Assembly: GCA_963717245.1 (NCBI GenBank)
Contig: CAVQVV010000003.1
Span: 25,677-89,676, forward strand
From: an uncultured Actinomycetota bacterium
GTDB lineage: Bacteria; Actinomycetota; Actinomycetes; Mycobacteriales; Pseudonocardiaceae
Length of the DNA stretch: 64,000 nt
Reading direction: 5' to 3'
The notes beneath the pieces are model-generated. The model saw only the letters and a program-made list of their open reading frames with translations, searched no databases and was not told the origin of the DNA. Both the position numbers and the translations under genes were made by a program. Below are positions 19,785-28,860 of the stretch, piece after piece (position 1 is the first letter of the stretch; each line of letters begins with the position of its first letter).

Positions 19785-21499
19785 TTCCTAGCCTCGGGCT
19801 TTCACCTTAGTTGATCTTGCGTGTGACACGCTGGCTTGAGATGCGCGAAAGTGCCTGCTCAGCACGGTTTGATCGTGGTTGTCGAGACCCAATCATGTCG
19901 AGTTGAGAGGCACTTCGCGGGTGAAGGATAAGCATCGCAGACCATGGTTGTCAGTGATCATTGGTGGCGAGTCGTTGGTGTCGCACGCGGGTGGGGCGCT
20001 GCTGGTCGAAGTGGCCCGGCGCAGCGGCCTGGCCCAGGAACTGTTGACCCGGTTGGGGCCGTGGCGCCATCGGCTGGCGATCCATGATCCGGGCAAGATC
20101 GTGCTGGACCTGGCGATCGCGGTCGCCCTGGGTGGTGACGCCGCCTGTGACATCGCGGTGTTGCGTGCCCAGCCTGGGGTCTTTGGATCGGTGGCCTCTG
20201 ATCCGACGGTGTCGCGGCTGGTCACCCGGCTCGCCAAGGACGCCGAGCCGGCGCTGGCGGCGATCACCGGCGCCCGCGCCGCGGCGCGGGAGCGGGTCTG
20301 GGATCGCATCGGCGCCCCGATCCAGGACGGCCAGGTGGTCATCGATCTGGACGCGACCTTGGTGACCGCGCACTCAGACAAGGAAGACGCGACCCGGACC
20401 TGGAAGAAGGGCTTCGGATTCCATCCGCTGATGGGCTACGCCGATCACGGCTGCGGCGGCAGCGGGGAACCAGTGGCCGAGCTGCTGCGCCCCGGGCGGG
20501 CCGGGTCCAACACCGCCGCCGACCATGTCATCGTGTTGGACGCGGCCATGGCACAAATCCCTGCCCCGCTGCGCAGCCGCGATGAGCACGGTCGGATACC
20601 GGTACTGGTGCGCACCGACGCCGCGGGGGCCACCCACCACTTCGCCGCGCACCTTGCACAGGTTGGAGTGGCGTTCTCCGTCGGCGCCAGCCTGGGGCAC
20701 TTCGACATCCACGCCGCTTTCGCGCTACTGCCGGGATCGGCATGGACCCCGGCGTATCAGGCGCGCAAGCCCCGCGCCGGGCAGCGCGGTGTGCAGATCG
20801 AGCCCCGCGACGGCGCGTGGGTCGCCGAGGTCACCGCCCTGGTCGACCTGTCGGGCTGGCCGGTGGGCACCCGGTTGATCCTGCGCAAAGAACGTCCGCA
20901 CCCCGGCGCGCAGCTGCGCATCACCGACGTCGACGGAATGCGAATCACCGGCTTCCTCACCAACACCACCCCGGGCGGACCCGGACGACAGCTCGCCGAC
21001 CTCGAGCTGCGCCACCGCCGCCACGCCCGCGTCGAGGACCGCATCCGCGCCGGGAAAGACACCGGGCTGCGCAACCTTCCCTACCACGACTTCGCCCAGA
21101 ACAAGGTCTGGCTGGCCATCACCGGCCTGGCCGCGGACCTACTCGCCTGGTGCGCCCGCCTGGCCCTCCCAGCATCGGCCGCGACCTACGAACCCAAACG
21201 GCTGCGGCTGCGCATCCTCGCCGTCGCCGGGCGAATCGTGCGCACCGCCCGCAGACGCATCCTCAAGATCGACCCCGCATGGCCCTGGGCCAACCTGATC
21301 ATCACCGCGCACGCCCGGCTGATGGCCCTACCGGCCCCCTGACCACCAATCCCCAGCCCATGACCGAAAGGACCCGGAGCACCGGCCACCCCAAGCAGAG
21401 CCGGGGAACACCCCTACCCACCCACGACCAGCCACCCCGCAACATCACAAGAGGCCGACAAAGATCACGGTACGACCCTCACGAAATATCGAGGCTAGC
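19785..21499 (+). mobile_element. IS1380-family insertion sequence, copy 1 (ends +/-3 nt)
   Basis: Imperfect terminal inverted repeats CTAGCCTCGnnnTTTC / GAAAnnnCGAGGCTAG. A possible 5-bp duplication TTGCC occurs at 19780-19784 and 21500-21504. Confidence 0.8.
19879..21342 (+). CDS. IS1380-family DDE transposase
   Basis: 487-aa ORF with DATLVTAHSDKE...KGFGFHPL and a conserved C-terminal region. It is a paralog of ORF 33354..34760. Confidence 0.85.
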   Translation: MSRPNHVELRGTSRVKDKHRRPWLSVIIGGESLVSHAGGALLVEVARRSGLAQELLTRLGPWRHRLAIHDPGKIVLDLAIAVALGGDAACDIAVLRAQPGVFGSVASDPTVSRLVTRLAKDAEPALAAITGARAAARERVWDRIGAPIQDGQVVIDLDATLVTAHSDKEDATRTWKKGFGFHPLMGYADHGCGGSGEPVAELLRPGRAGSNTAADHVIVLDAAMAQIPAPLRSRDEHGRIPVLVRTDAAGATHHFAAHLAQVGVAFSVGASLGHFDIHAAFALLPGSAWTPAYQARKPRAGQRGVQIEPRDGAWVAEVTALVDLSGWPVGTRLILRKERPHPGAQLRITDVDGMRITGFLTNTTPGGPGRQLADLELRHRRHARVEDRIRAGKDTGLRNLPYHDFAQNKVWLAITGLAADLLAWCARLALPASAATYEPKRLRLRILAVAGRIVRTARRRILKIDPAWPWANLIITAHARLMALPAP

Positions 21500-21751
21500 T
21501 TGCCGAATGGGTGAGGTCCGGCGGACACCTGCGGTATGCAGGAGCCGCTTGACGCTCTTGAGGTTCACGCCGTGGGTCGCCGCGAGGGAGGAGGCGGTGG
21601 TGGTGGTGCCGTTGCGGTAGGCGGTGATCAGCTCGGCGATGTCGCGCTCCTTGAGGCGCTCGCGCAGGCTCCATGGACGTTGCCCGCTCGATCCTGTGGC
21701 ACGCACCGGGCTGGTGAGTGCCACAGTGTGGCGAAGTCGCAGGTCAGCCAC
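21500..21751 (-). pseudogene. HTH-domain protein truncated at its 3' end by IS1380 copy 1
   Basis: ERDIAELITAYRNGTTTTASSLAATHGVNLKSVKRLL is a resolvase/sigma-70-region-4-like HTH. The reading frame runs straight into the IS end. Confidence 0.5.
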
Positions 21752-22042
21752 CTAGAGCCTTCGTGAAGGCTCGCCGTGGCTCGCGAAGATTCGTGGTCGG
21801 GCGCGGCTTGGTCGGGGGTCTGGTCCTGGTCGGGCTGGGCGGCGATGATGGTGTGGTTCGTTCCGGTGGACACCGATGTCTCTGTAGTGCCTGTGAGCCT
21901 GTAGGTCAGCATGGTGGTGGAGGGCTCCACGGGGAACCGTGGATTGTTGCCTTGGAGCACGAGCGTCAGATCTGATTTTCCCTGCCCTCCCCGGGACGGA
22001 CGCCTGTCCATCGTTTGTGTGGTGGAGGAGGGAGAGGCTGTT

Positions 22043-23285
22043 ATGGAGGTTGTTCATCCGCGCTGCGCGGGGATCGATGTGTCCAAGCGTGACGCGAAGG
22101 TCTGCGTGCGTGTTGCTGGGCGGGGTCGGCGGTGGGGCGACATCGACGGTGAGTACTTGGGGTGCGGTCACCAACCAGGTGTTGGCGTTGCGTGAGCACC
22201 TGATCGCGCAGGCGGTGACCTTGGTGGTGATGGAGGCGACGGGCGACTACTGGAAGCCGTTCTACTATCTGCTGGAGGATGCCCCGTTCGAGGTGATGCT
22301 CGTCAACGCCCGGCACGTCAAGAACCTGCCGGGGCGCAAGAGCGACGTTTCCGACTCGGCATGGCTGGCCCAGTTGGGTGCTCATGGGCTGGTGCGTGCC
22401 TCGTTCGTGCGCGCCTGAGCCGATCCGTCGGCTGCGTGACCTGACCTGCATCCGGACCGCGATCGTGCGGGAACGGGGCCGGGAGATCCAGCGGTTGGAG
22501 AAACTGCTGGAACGCCGGGATCAAGCTCTCCGCGGTGGCCTCTGATAATCACCGGGGTGTCGGGGCGGGCGATGCTTGAGGCGCTGATCGCCGGCCAGCG
22601 AGACCCGGCCGCGCTGGCTGACCTGGCCAAGCGGCGGCTGCGGTCCAAGATCCCGGCCCTGACCGAGGCCCTGACCGGCCGGTTCGGTGAGCACCACGCC
22701 TTCTTGGCCCGGCTGCATCTGGACCTGATCGATCAGCACACCCACGCCATTGACGAGCTCACCGCCCGCATCGAGGTGGTGATCGAGCCCTTTCGTGGGG
22801 TCCGGGACCTGATCGTCACGATCCCCGGGATCAGCGTGCGCGTCGCCGACGTGATCATCGCCGAGACCGGCGCCGACATGACCCGGTTCCCGAGCGCTGG
22901 TCACCTGGCCTCCTGGGCCGGCACCTGCCCGGGTAGCAACGAGTCCGCCGGACGAGTCAAGTTCACCCACACCAGACCCGGCAACCCCTACCTCAAAGGC
23001 GCCCTGGGCATCGCGGCGATGTCCGCGGCCCGGACCAACAACACCTACCTGGCCGCGAAGTACCGCCGCATCGCGTCCCGGCGAGGACCCATCAAAGCCA
23101 TCGTCGCAGTCGAACACACCATGCTCATCGCGATCTGGAACATGATCACCACGGCACCTGCTACCACGAACCCGGCGCCGACTTCTACACCCGACTCAAC
23201 CCCGCAAGACCAAAAACCGCGCCCTAGACCAGCTCCGCAAGATGGGCTACGCCGTCACCCTTACCCCCTGGAGGCCGCGGGGTAA
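22043..23285 (+). pseudogene. IS110-family transposase, heavily decayed (six or more frameshifts)
   Basis: MEVVHPRCAGIDVSKRD (DEDD N-terminus), MEATGDYWKP, and the C-terminal [17 protein letters not shown]...[12 protein letters not shown] motif are spread over several frames. Confidence 0.85.
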
Positions 23286-23614
23286 CAGTGAATCTTCGCG
23301 TCAGCGGCTTGTGTGGAGTGCGAGTAAGAGGTAAGTACCTCCACCTCGGTGCCCATGACCGGCAGCCAGGCATGGCTGCCTGCGTGTGCAGCATCCCGCC
23401 AGGTCGAGCGGGGGGCAGAGGTCACGATGGCGCACCCTGCGGCTAAAACGATCTTGACCGCTATCCCCGGCCCGCTACGCCTCCCACTGCCCTGGGTGGT
23501 TGCCTGGTGCAGGGTCGGAGATTGCCAGTGACCTCAGCGCAGCGGTCGCGATGACTGGAGAGCCATGACCTTCGTCTTTGATGGTGTCATGAGGGTCGCC
23601 TCTCCCGCCCAAGA

Positions 23615-23644
23615 GGAGCCACGGGAGCCAATCCGGGGAGCCAA
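23615..23644 (+). repeat. Arm-type direct repeats GGAGCCA x3 (right arm of element A)
   Basis: ggagccacgggagccaatccggggagccaa, in the same orientation as 5079-5098. Confidence 0.6.
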
Positions 23645-23750
23645 CGTCTTCAAACTTTCTCCGACGGGCCACGACTCAGCTAGGGTGATGTCGCTGGTGA
23701 GAGGCTCCCCGTTCGCCTCCGTTCGACCTGGTCAGACTTATGGACCGTGC

Positions 23751-23793
23751 CTGGGGGTCAAGGGGTCGCAGGTTCGAATCCTGTCGTCCCGAC
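23751..23793 (+). repeat. att core copy 2 (3' part of tRNA-Pro, 43/43)
   Basis: Identical to 4975-5017. It lacks the 5' half of the tRNA. Confidence 0.9.
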
Positions 23794-23875
23794 GGTCGTC
23801 GGAAGCCCGCTGTTCGTCGTGATTATCCCAGGTCAGCGGGCTTTTCTCATCCCATGTAGTGATCGCGTTGTCGAT

Positions 23876-23945
23876 CTAGGCTGCAGGGGTATGGGGACCA
23901 CGTGTGGACCATCTGTGGACACCGCGAGGTTTTCGAGGGGCTACT
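23876..23945 (-). pseudogene. Integrase 3'-terminal remnant (last ~20 codons only)
   Basis: The minus-strand reading ...ENLAVSTDGPHVV... ending at the stop 23876-23878 parallels ...SKHLAVPTSGPQLG at the 3' end of the element C integrase. Confidence 0.5.
23893..23920 (+). repeat. Arm-type repeats TGTGGAC (left arm, region B)
   Basis: ggggaccacgtgtggaccatctgtggac, with 11-nt periodicity. The same motif occurs at 37114, 46622, 46877 and 55702. Confidence 0.6.
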
Positions 23946-24202
23946 CGCGCCCGGACACGGTGCGCTGTACCCGGGCCGGGTGCTCGTCGGAAGTGGTGCA
24001 GGACCGGGATTGGTGGTTATATGGCTGTGGTCGTGCGGTGAGGTCCTCAGCCAAGAGAAAGTGCGGTCCAAGCGAGATCCGGTGTGTCCCCAGATCACGC
24101 ATCAGACGATCTCACGGGGTTTCTCATGCGGGCCAGGCGGGTGAGACGCGCCCCCTCTCTGCCATTCGCAATCGCAAGCGATGTCGTTTAGCATATGAAC
24201 GC

Positions 24203-24445
24203 ATGTCGCCAATGCCTCACCCGCCCTTCCCCACCCCCGACTCACAGATCCTGAAGTTGATCGTTGACAACACGATCAATGCAATGCGGTCAGGAGAGGT
24301 GGACGCCGAGGGCGCGATCCTGCATGCGGCAGTGCACGGCTGGTGTGAGGGACATATCGAAGGTGAGGACGTCTGTCCAGGATGCAACTTCAGAGGTGAC
24401 ATGCTCCACCAGCGTCAGAAAATGATCAATCCCAACCTGAACTGA
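24203..24445 (+). CDS. Hypothetical small Cys/His-rich protein
   Basis: 80 codons from the ATG at 24203. Contains HGWCEGH...CPGC. No convincing SD sequence. It lies in a ~520-bp segment that is absent from the paralogous junction at 46912. Confidence 0.3.
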   Translation: MSPMPHPPFPTPDSQILKLIVDNTINAMRSGEVDAEGAILHAAVHGWCEGHIEGEDVCPGCNFRGDMLHQRQKMINPNLN

Positions 24446-24477
24446 TCATCCTCGCCTGTCCAGGTGAGAAGTACAGC

Positions 24478-24991
24478 GACCACAAGGGCAGCCGGATTGC
24501 ACCAGCTGGCAAACACCAGACGGAGGTCCGAGAGCTGCCGGTGCACATTGAGGCGCAGATCCGAGGTGAACTCCGGCATTCCGGGCGGTGAGGACTTTAT
24601 GTACGTCTTCAAGCGGGGCCAATACGGCCCGGACGCGCCGCCGCTTGCTCCGGCCAGCGCTTGCTCCCGGTTCGCTCCGCGAGTGCGCCGGGCGGCTGGC
24701 GCGCAACACGGGGTGTCGTTTGTCCGTGGTTCTCTCCGGGAGAGGGATGCGCGCATTGTGCGGAGCCGCCCCCCCAGCGTCAAGCCCGCTGCGCGTCCCG
24801 ATCCGTCCGGCCCCTCTGCGCAACGTTCGTTAGGTCGTGATCGTCACTGTGGCGAGCTGAGCCAGGTCCGGAGGGGCCAGACGGATCGGAAGTAAACGGC
24901 TTGACCGTGGGGCCCCTACGACTCCTCGGCCGGCGTCACCTACGGCAGGCCAGACGCCTGCCGTAGGTGACGCGCGCCCCCCTCGCCCTCC
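24478..24991 (+). repeat. 0.5-kb hairpin-rich module, copy 1
   Basis: Collinear with 46917-47431, with roughly four fifths of positions identical by eye and short indels. It contains an imperfect version of the 23-bp stem (24796-24818 / 24869-24891) and a perfect 16-bp stem (24935-24950 / 24956-24971). Confidence 0.8.
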
Positions 24992-25195
24992 ATTTGTCAC
25001 CGCACACCAATCGCCTTCGTTCTCCGTAGATGATCGCATTCCGAAGACTGCTCATCCTGGCCGAGGGAGGCGAGATCGCAGGATTGGTCGAACGAGGTAT
25101 CATGATAGTCTCGCGGCGCCGGAGAGAGGCCTGGACCAGAAGACGGGTCTAGCCTCGTGTAATCCGGTACATAACCGCTGAATTAGGGAGAATTT

Positions 25196-26539
25196 ATGAC
25201 ACAAGACAATGAACCGTTTTTCTTATTCGTTGCCAGTATCGCAGCACCCTCCGCGAAGGATAAGCTGTTGGCATCGGGAATTCCTTATCGAAGGAAATTG
25301 TTGGAATCCACTCCCGAAAATTGGGACACGATTGCGGAACTGCTGGAAGATCCTAATCTCATTGGTGCCCTCATCAAACTGACCTCTCGTACCTGCGACT
25401 TATTAATGATGGACCGCTACGCGCCCCAGGCTCGACGACTTCTGCAATCGTTGCGTGAGGTGAGACATATGATTTTCGTGCATGAATCAATCTTGACGGG
25501 GGAGCGCGCGGAACAAGTCCCACTCGAAGACGATGATATCGAGTTCTCCTTCTTGTACGATGACTATTATTTCAACCCACCATCCGGGGATGTGCGGGAT
25601 CGCTTTCGCGACCTCGTAAACACATATAACTTGAACTTGATGCCTTACAAAACAAATGCCGAGATGTCGGTCCTTGCGGGATCATTCATCGAGGACAGTA
25701 ATAAGAGGCTCTTATTCCGCGTGTATGTGCCCTCCGGGCGAATGTGGGCTAACGAGGCAGAAAAATTTATTGGGCTCTTCGGCGACTGGCTATGGAAAGT
25801 TAAGGGGCAGCGCGTCCGACAAGATGGATATACGACTCCGCAGGGTCAAGTCTACGAATTTTACGGGGACAGCGGAATTGCGGGAGAGACGCTAGCGTAC
25901 GATTTGGACCAGTTTGCAGACTTTCTGGATATGTGCGTGGAAAATCCCGATATGGCACATCGTGTAGTGAGTGCGGACGTTGCCGGCCCTGGATTTGCTG
26001 CGTTAGTAGCGCGATATGCAAAGGAGGCGCGGCGCCTGAAATTGGACCTCAAACATGAGAGGGAAGCTAGAGTACTATCAATCCGTCATCGCTTGGAATC
26101 GGAACTGCTCGATTTTCAGATTGACCCTGCATCGGTTCATGCTGAAGTGGAGTGTTTGGTACCACAAGTGCCCGCCTTGTCGAAGAGTTTAACACTCAGC
26201 CTTCCCCAAGAGATTGCGAAGTTGTCACCTTCCACCATCATTTTGAATCAACAATTTATTGAACATGTTCATGGTATTGTGGCACAAGAGTTAAGCGGTA
26301 CGATGAATTTAAGTCCCGAATCCCTCCAACTTCTTGAATTAATCAAGACTCATGCATCCAGTCAGAGTACAGTGCTCGAATCTGCGGTCCATGAGCTAGA
26401 GGATGAAGACGCCGAACGTATTGATCGAATTCGTGCAGGGCAACGGCTAAAGGGTTTTCTATTCAAAATCGGCCCTAAAGTTGGAAGTACGGTGTTATCA
26501 ATCCTTCAAAAATATCTCGAAAACAAGCTTGGCCTATAG
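25196..26539 (+). CDS. Orphan low-GC 447-aa protein (no recognisable family)
   Basis: A long ORF in a markedly low-GC stretch. ATG preceded by AGGGAG. The predicted protein is mostly helical with an amphipathic C-terminal tail. Confidence 0.7.
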   Translation: MTQDNEPFFLFVASIAAPSAKDKLLASGIPYRRKLLESTPENWDTIAELLEDPNLIGALIKLTSRTCDLLMMDRYAPQARRLLQSLREVRHMIFVHESILTGERAEQVPLEDDDIEFSFLYDDYYFNPPSGDVRDRFRDLVNTYNLNLMPYKTNAEMSVLAGSFIEDSNKRLLFRVYVPSGRMWANEAEKFIGLFGDWLWKVKGQRVRQDGYTTPQGQVYEFYGDSGIAGETLAYDLDQFADFLDMCVENPDMAHRVVSADVAGPGFAALVARYAKEARRLKLDLKHEREARVLSIRHRLESELLDFQIDPASVHAEVECLVPQVPALSKSLTLSLPQEIAKLSPSTIILNQQFIEHVHGIVAQELSGTMNLSPESLQLLELIKTHASSQSTVLESAVHELEDEDAERIDRIRAGQRLKGFLFKIGPKVGSTVLSILQKYLENKLGL

Positions 26540-26658
26540 TCGAGCAGGCTGGCCGCGCGCAGAAGATGGTGCACAGGTCCGTTCTGCCCAGTCGTTGTAA
26601 TGCCGCTGCCAATCTGTTGGTCTATGATTTGCATGAGCATCAGTCTAGACTGTCATGC

Positions 26659-26778
26659 ATGAGATGGACCGAGCTCGAACCAATCAATACAATAATATCC
26701 GCAGTCGGTGTACTGACGTCCTTGCTCGCCGTTTTATTGCGTTTCGCACTTCTAGGGCTCAGTACCCCGCCTCGATGA
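26659..26778 (+). CDS. Possible 39-aa single-TM peptide
   Basis: MRWTELEPINTIISAVGVLTSLLAVLLRFALLGL. The start is uncertain and coding evidence is weak. Confidence 0.25.
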   Translation: MRWTELEPINTIISAVGVLTSLLAVLLRFALLGLSTPPR

Positions 26779-26803
26779 GAAGATTGCTAATCATTCTGGA
26801 CGT

Positions 26804-27076
26804 TTGCACTCAGTTAATATAAATCTTGGGTATGGCCCTGAAGACACGTATGGGCTCACGGAGTTGGTAGCGGTGAATGGCCCTAGCGACATCACGATAA
26901 CAGATATTGAACTTGAGCTTACCTATTATCACCCCGTGGGTTTCTTTGATGTACAGCAAGTAAAAGTGTATTTTAACGACATTAGGGTATTGCAGAAAGA
27001 GCTTCGACTAAGTGGTCCAGGGCCGCGAGGTGTACGAGTGAAGCCCTACGATTTAGTGGTATGGCGGTTTCCATGA
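26804..27076 (+). CDS. Orphan low-GC 90-aa beta-rich protein
   Basis: TTG start as given in the ORF track. Its composition matches the neighbouring low-GC genes. No motif. Confidence 0.35.
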   Translation: MHSVNINLGYGPEDTYGLTELVAVNGPSDITITDIELELTYYHPVGFFDVQQVKVYFNDIRVLQKELRLSGPGPRGVRVKPYDLVVWRFP

Positions 27077-27384
27077 TGGGACAGACTTCTTTGTGACGGC
27101 GAAGGACTCGCCTACTGTTTCAAGATTAAAACTGCACATACGGACAAGCCGACTTACTCAGATGTTCGCCAGTTTGGTTCACGTCTACAAACAATCTTTG
27201 GCAGTTTTCACACAAAGCCGCGGATTACATCCGTGGGCGGTCTCTCTTTTATATCACGGAACCCGCACATGCCAGCTGAAATGCGCAATTGGGTGCAGGT
27301 CGTGCTACGCCACGCGCAAAAGATTGACGAATAAGTGGGGGATATGTTGACAATGGCTAAATCGCAGGACGACCCGGCTTCGGT

Positions 27385-27586
27385 CGGACATAGCCTCGCG
27401 AGCGAAGTTGATCTCTCAGCGGTAGCGAGTCGGAAGCGCAAGCAACACCGCTGGTCCACATGCAACCGTATCCAACCATCGTTCCACTTCGTCGCTACCA
27501 GTACCAACAGCGTTCAACGCGCTGACTAGCGGACCCAATCCGGATTCACACCGGAGAGGTCACTGGTTCGATCCCAGTATCGTCCA
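27385..27586 (+). repeat. att-like arm (~160 nt) joined to a perfect tRNA-Val(CAC) 3' half
   Basis: 27545-27586 reads as anticodon loop TTCACAC, stem CGGAG, variable AGGTC, T arm ACTGG-TTCGATC-CCAGT, acceptor ATCGTCC-A. No matching 5' half is present. The upstream arm is homologous to 30055-30235. Confidence 0.7.
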
Positions 27587-27717
27587 CTCTTAAAATCCTA
27601 GTCCGCGTCAAAACACCCACCATCTAGCAGCACATGAACGCCGAGACCGACCCGGCTACGACTGAAATGAGGACCAGAGTCAATCTTCTCAAGACCGCGG
27701 AGCGCTTCTGGCGAAGG

Positions 27718-28131
27718 TCAGTCCCGCTTCTGGTACAGCAGGTATAGAACTAAGGACGTAAGTCCCGTTGTAGTACCGACCCATGCATTCCAGTGGTCGA
27801 ACGTCTGCGGGGCCGCTTCCATAGCAGCGAGAACTGCGGCGCCAATCAGAATGAATACTACAGCTGAACCCAGCGCACGTCGGTCCGACTCACTAAGCCA
27901 CCGCTCACGTCGCGGTGACTTGCTCTCGACAAGCTGATCCAGGCTCCCCTCAGTTAGCGCGTTGGCGACTGTCTTTTGCCAAAGGGGTTCAACGGCAGGA
28001 TCGACCGACATCTGGTCACTCAGGAGAGGGAATACGCGCCAGATGCCACTTGGCTGGATCATGGCGCCGAACAGGTCGCTGGCTTTGATCGCGGTGGCGA
28101 AGTTGGCGGCCAGGTCGCTGGGCCTCACCAT
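27718..28131 (-). CDS. Hypothetical membrane protein (2 C-terminal TM segments)
   Basis: ATG at 28131 within ORF 27718..28284. Hydrophobic segments AVVFILIGAAVLAAM and GLTSLVLYLLY. The start is uncertain. Confidence 0.45.
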   Translation of the reverse strand: MVRPSDLAANFATAIKASDLFGAMIQPSGIWRVFPLLSDQMSVDPAVEPLWQKTVANALTEGSLDQLVESKSPRRERWLSESDRRALGSAVVFILIGAAVLAAMEAAPQTFDHWNAWVGTTTGLTSLVLYLLYQKRD

Positions 28132-28244
28132 GTCGGCTAGCAAGGGACCAAGATCCGCAGTCACTATCACACCTCTCAGTTGCCGGGGCGACGCTGATCT
28201 TACGCGGGTCTCCTGACTCTCAGCCCGCACCCGCGAAGTCGCCC

Positions 28245-28269
28245 GTGTAGCAGCCGTGTAGCAACGACC
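28245..28269 (+). repeat. TGTAGCA tandem motif, copy a
   Basis: gtgtagcagccgtgtagcaacgacc. It is followed by conserved gcatcggcgcaggtg and a truncated tRNA-Pro(UGG)-like stretch (ctttggaagcgag). Confidence 0.7.
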
Positions 28270-28860
28270 TCCGACGGCAGCCATCCCGCCGCAAGCTTCG
28301 TCAACGCATCGGCGCAGGTGGTCTGTCTAGAGCCCACCGCCGCACACGGTCTGCCTGGGCTTTGGAAGCGAGAGAGCATCTACAATCTCGATCTTCGGTG
28401 ATCTCACCCTGGAACGTCGCCACCGTGGTACAGCAGCGAAGTACCGCAACTGTGGCACCCGAGCCAGGGCCGAACGAACGTCATCAGACCTCTGACCAGC
28501 GAATCCACCTCCATCGGACCTCGCTGCCGACAGTTATGATCCAGGTAGTCAGCAGAGTCAGCCCCGGACTGATATCCGTAACCGACATCAACCGCCCCAC
28601 CACAGCGGCCATCAATGGGGGCTTGGATGGATAGCCGCATGTCGAGCGACGGCGACCGTGGCGCGACGCTGCCTGATCAACCACCTGATCCGGGGCCACG
28701 TGTGCCTGATGTGCTACCGGTCGTGCCAAGCTGCAGTCTCCTATGAATCACGTGGGATGGAGACATACGCAGCGCGTCACCTGCCTATGGGGTCCAGGAC
28801 GCGTCCAGGACGTGCCACGATACTCTCCCGCATCCCGGCTATCTTGTGTAGTTTCCACAT

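Noticed and set aside
24478-24991. The 0.5-kb module as a group II intron fragment, riboswitch or retron ncRNA.
   Set aside because: There is a GTGCG string, but no domain V-like 34-nt hairpin with an AGC triad, no bulged-A domain VI and no reverse transcriptase gene nearby. I could find no riboswitch core motifs. It is kept as an unexplained repeat rather than named.
25084-25111. A sigma-70-like promoter (TTGGTC, 16 nt spacer, TAGTCT) upstream of the 447-aa orphan gene.
   Set aside because: The match is plausible but unsupported in AT-richer DNA, where such hexamers arise by chance. It is not reported as a feature.
27335-27590. A tmRNA-like gene, suggested by a T arm and acceptor-like 3' end preceded by a short ORF ending ...NSVQRAD-stop, with a paralog at 30055-30283.
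   Set aside because: The 3' part is exactly a tRNA-Val(CAC) 3' half with an anticodon loop, which tmRNA lacks. No proper 5' acceptor partner or pseudoknot layout is present. The putative tag sits directly next to the T arm and does not end in the usual hydrophobic A-A type tail. The paralog carries a different tRNA-type core. I interpret it as an att arm plus core.
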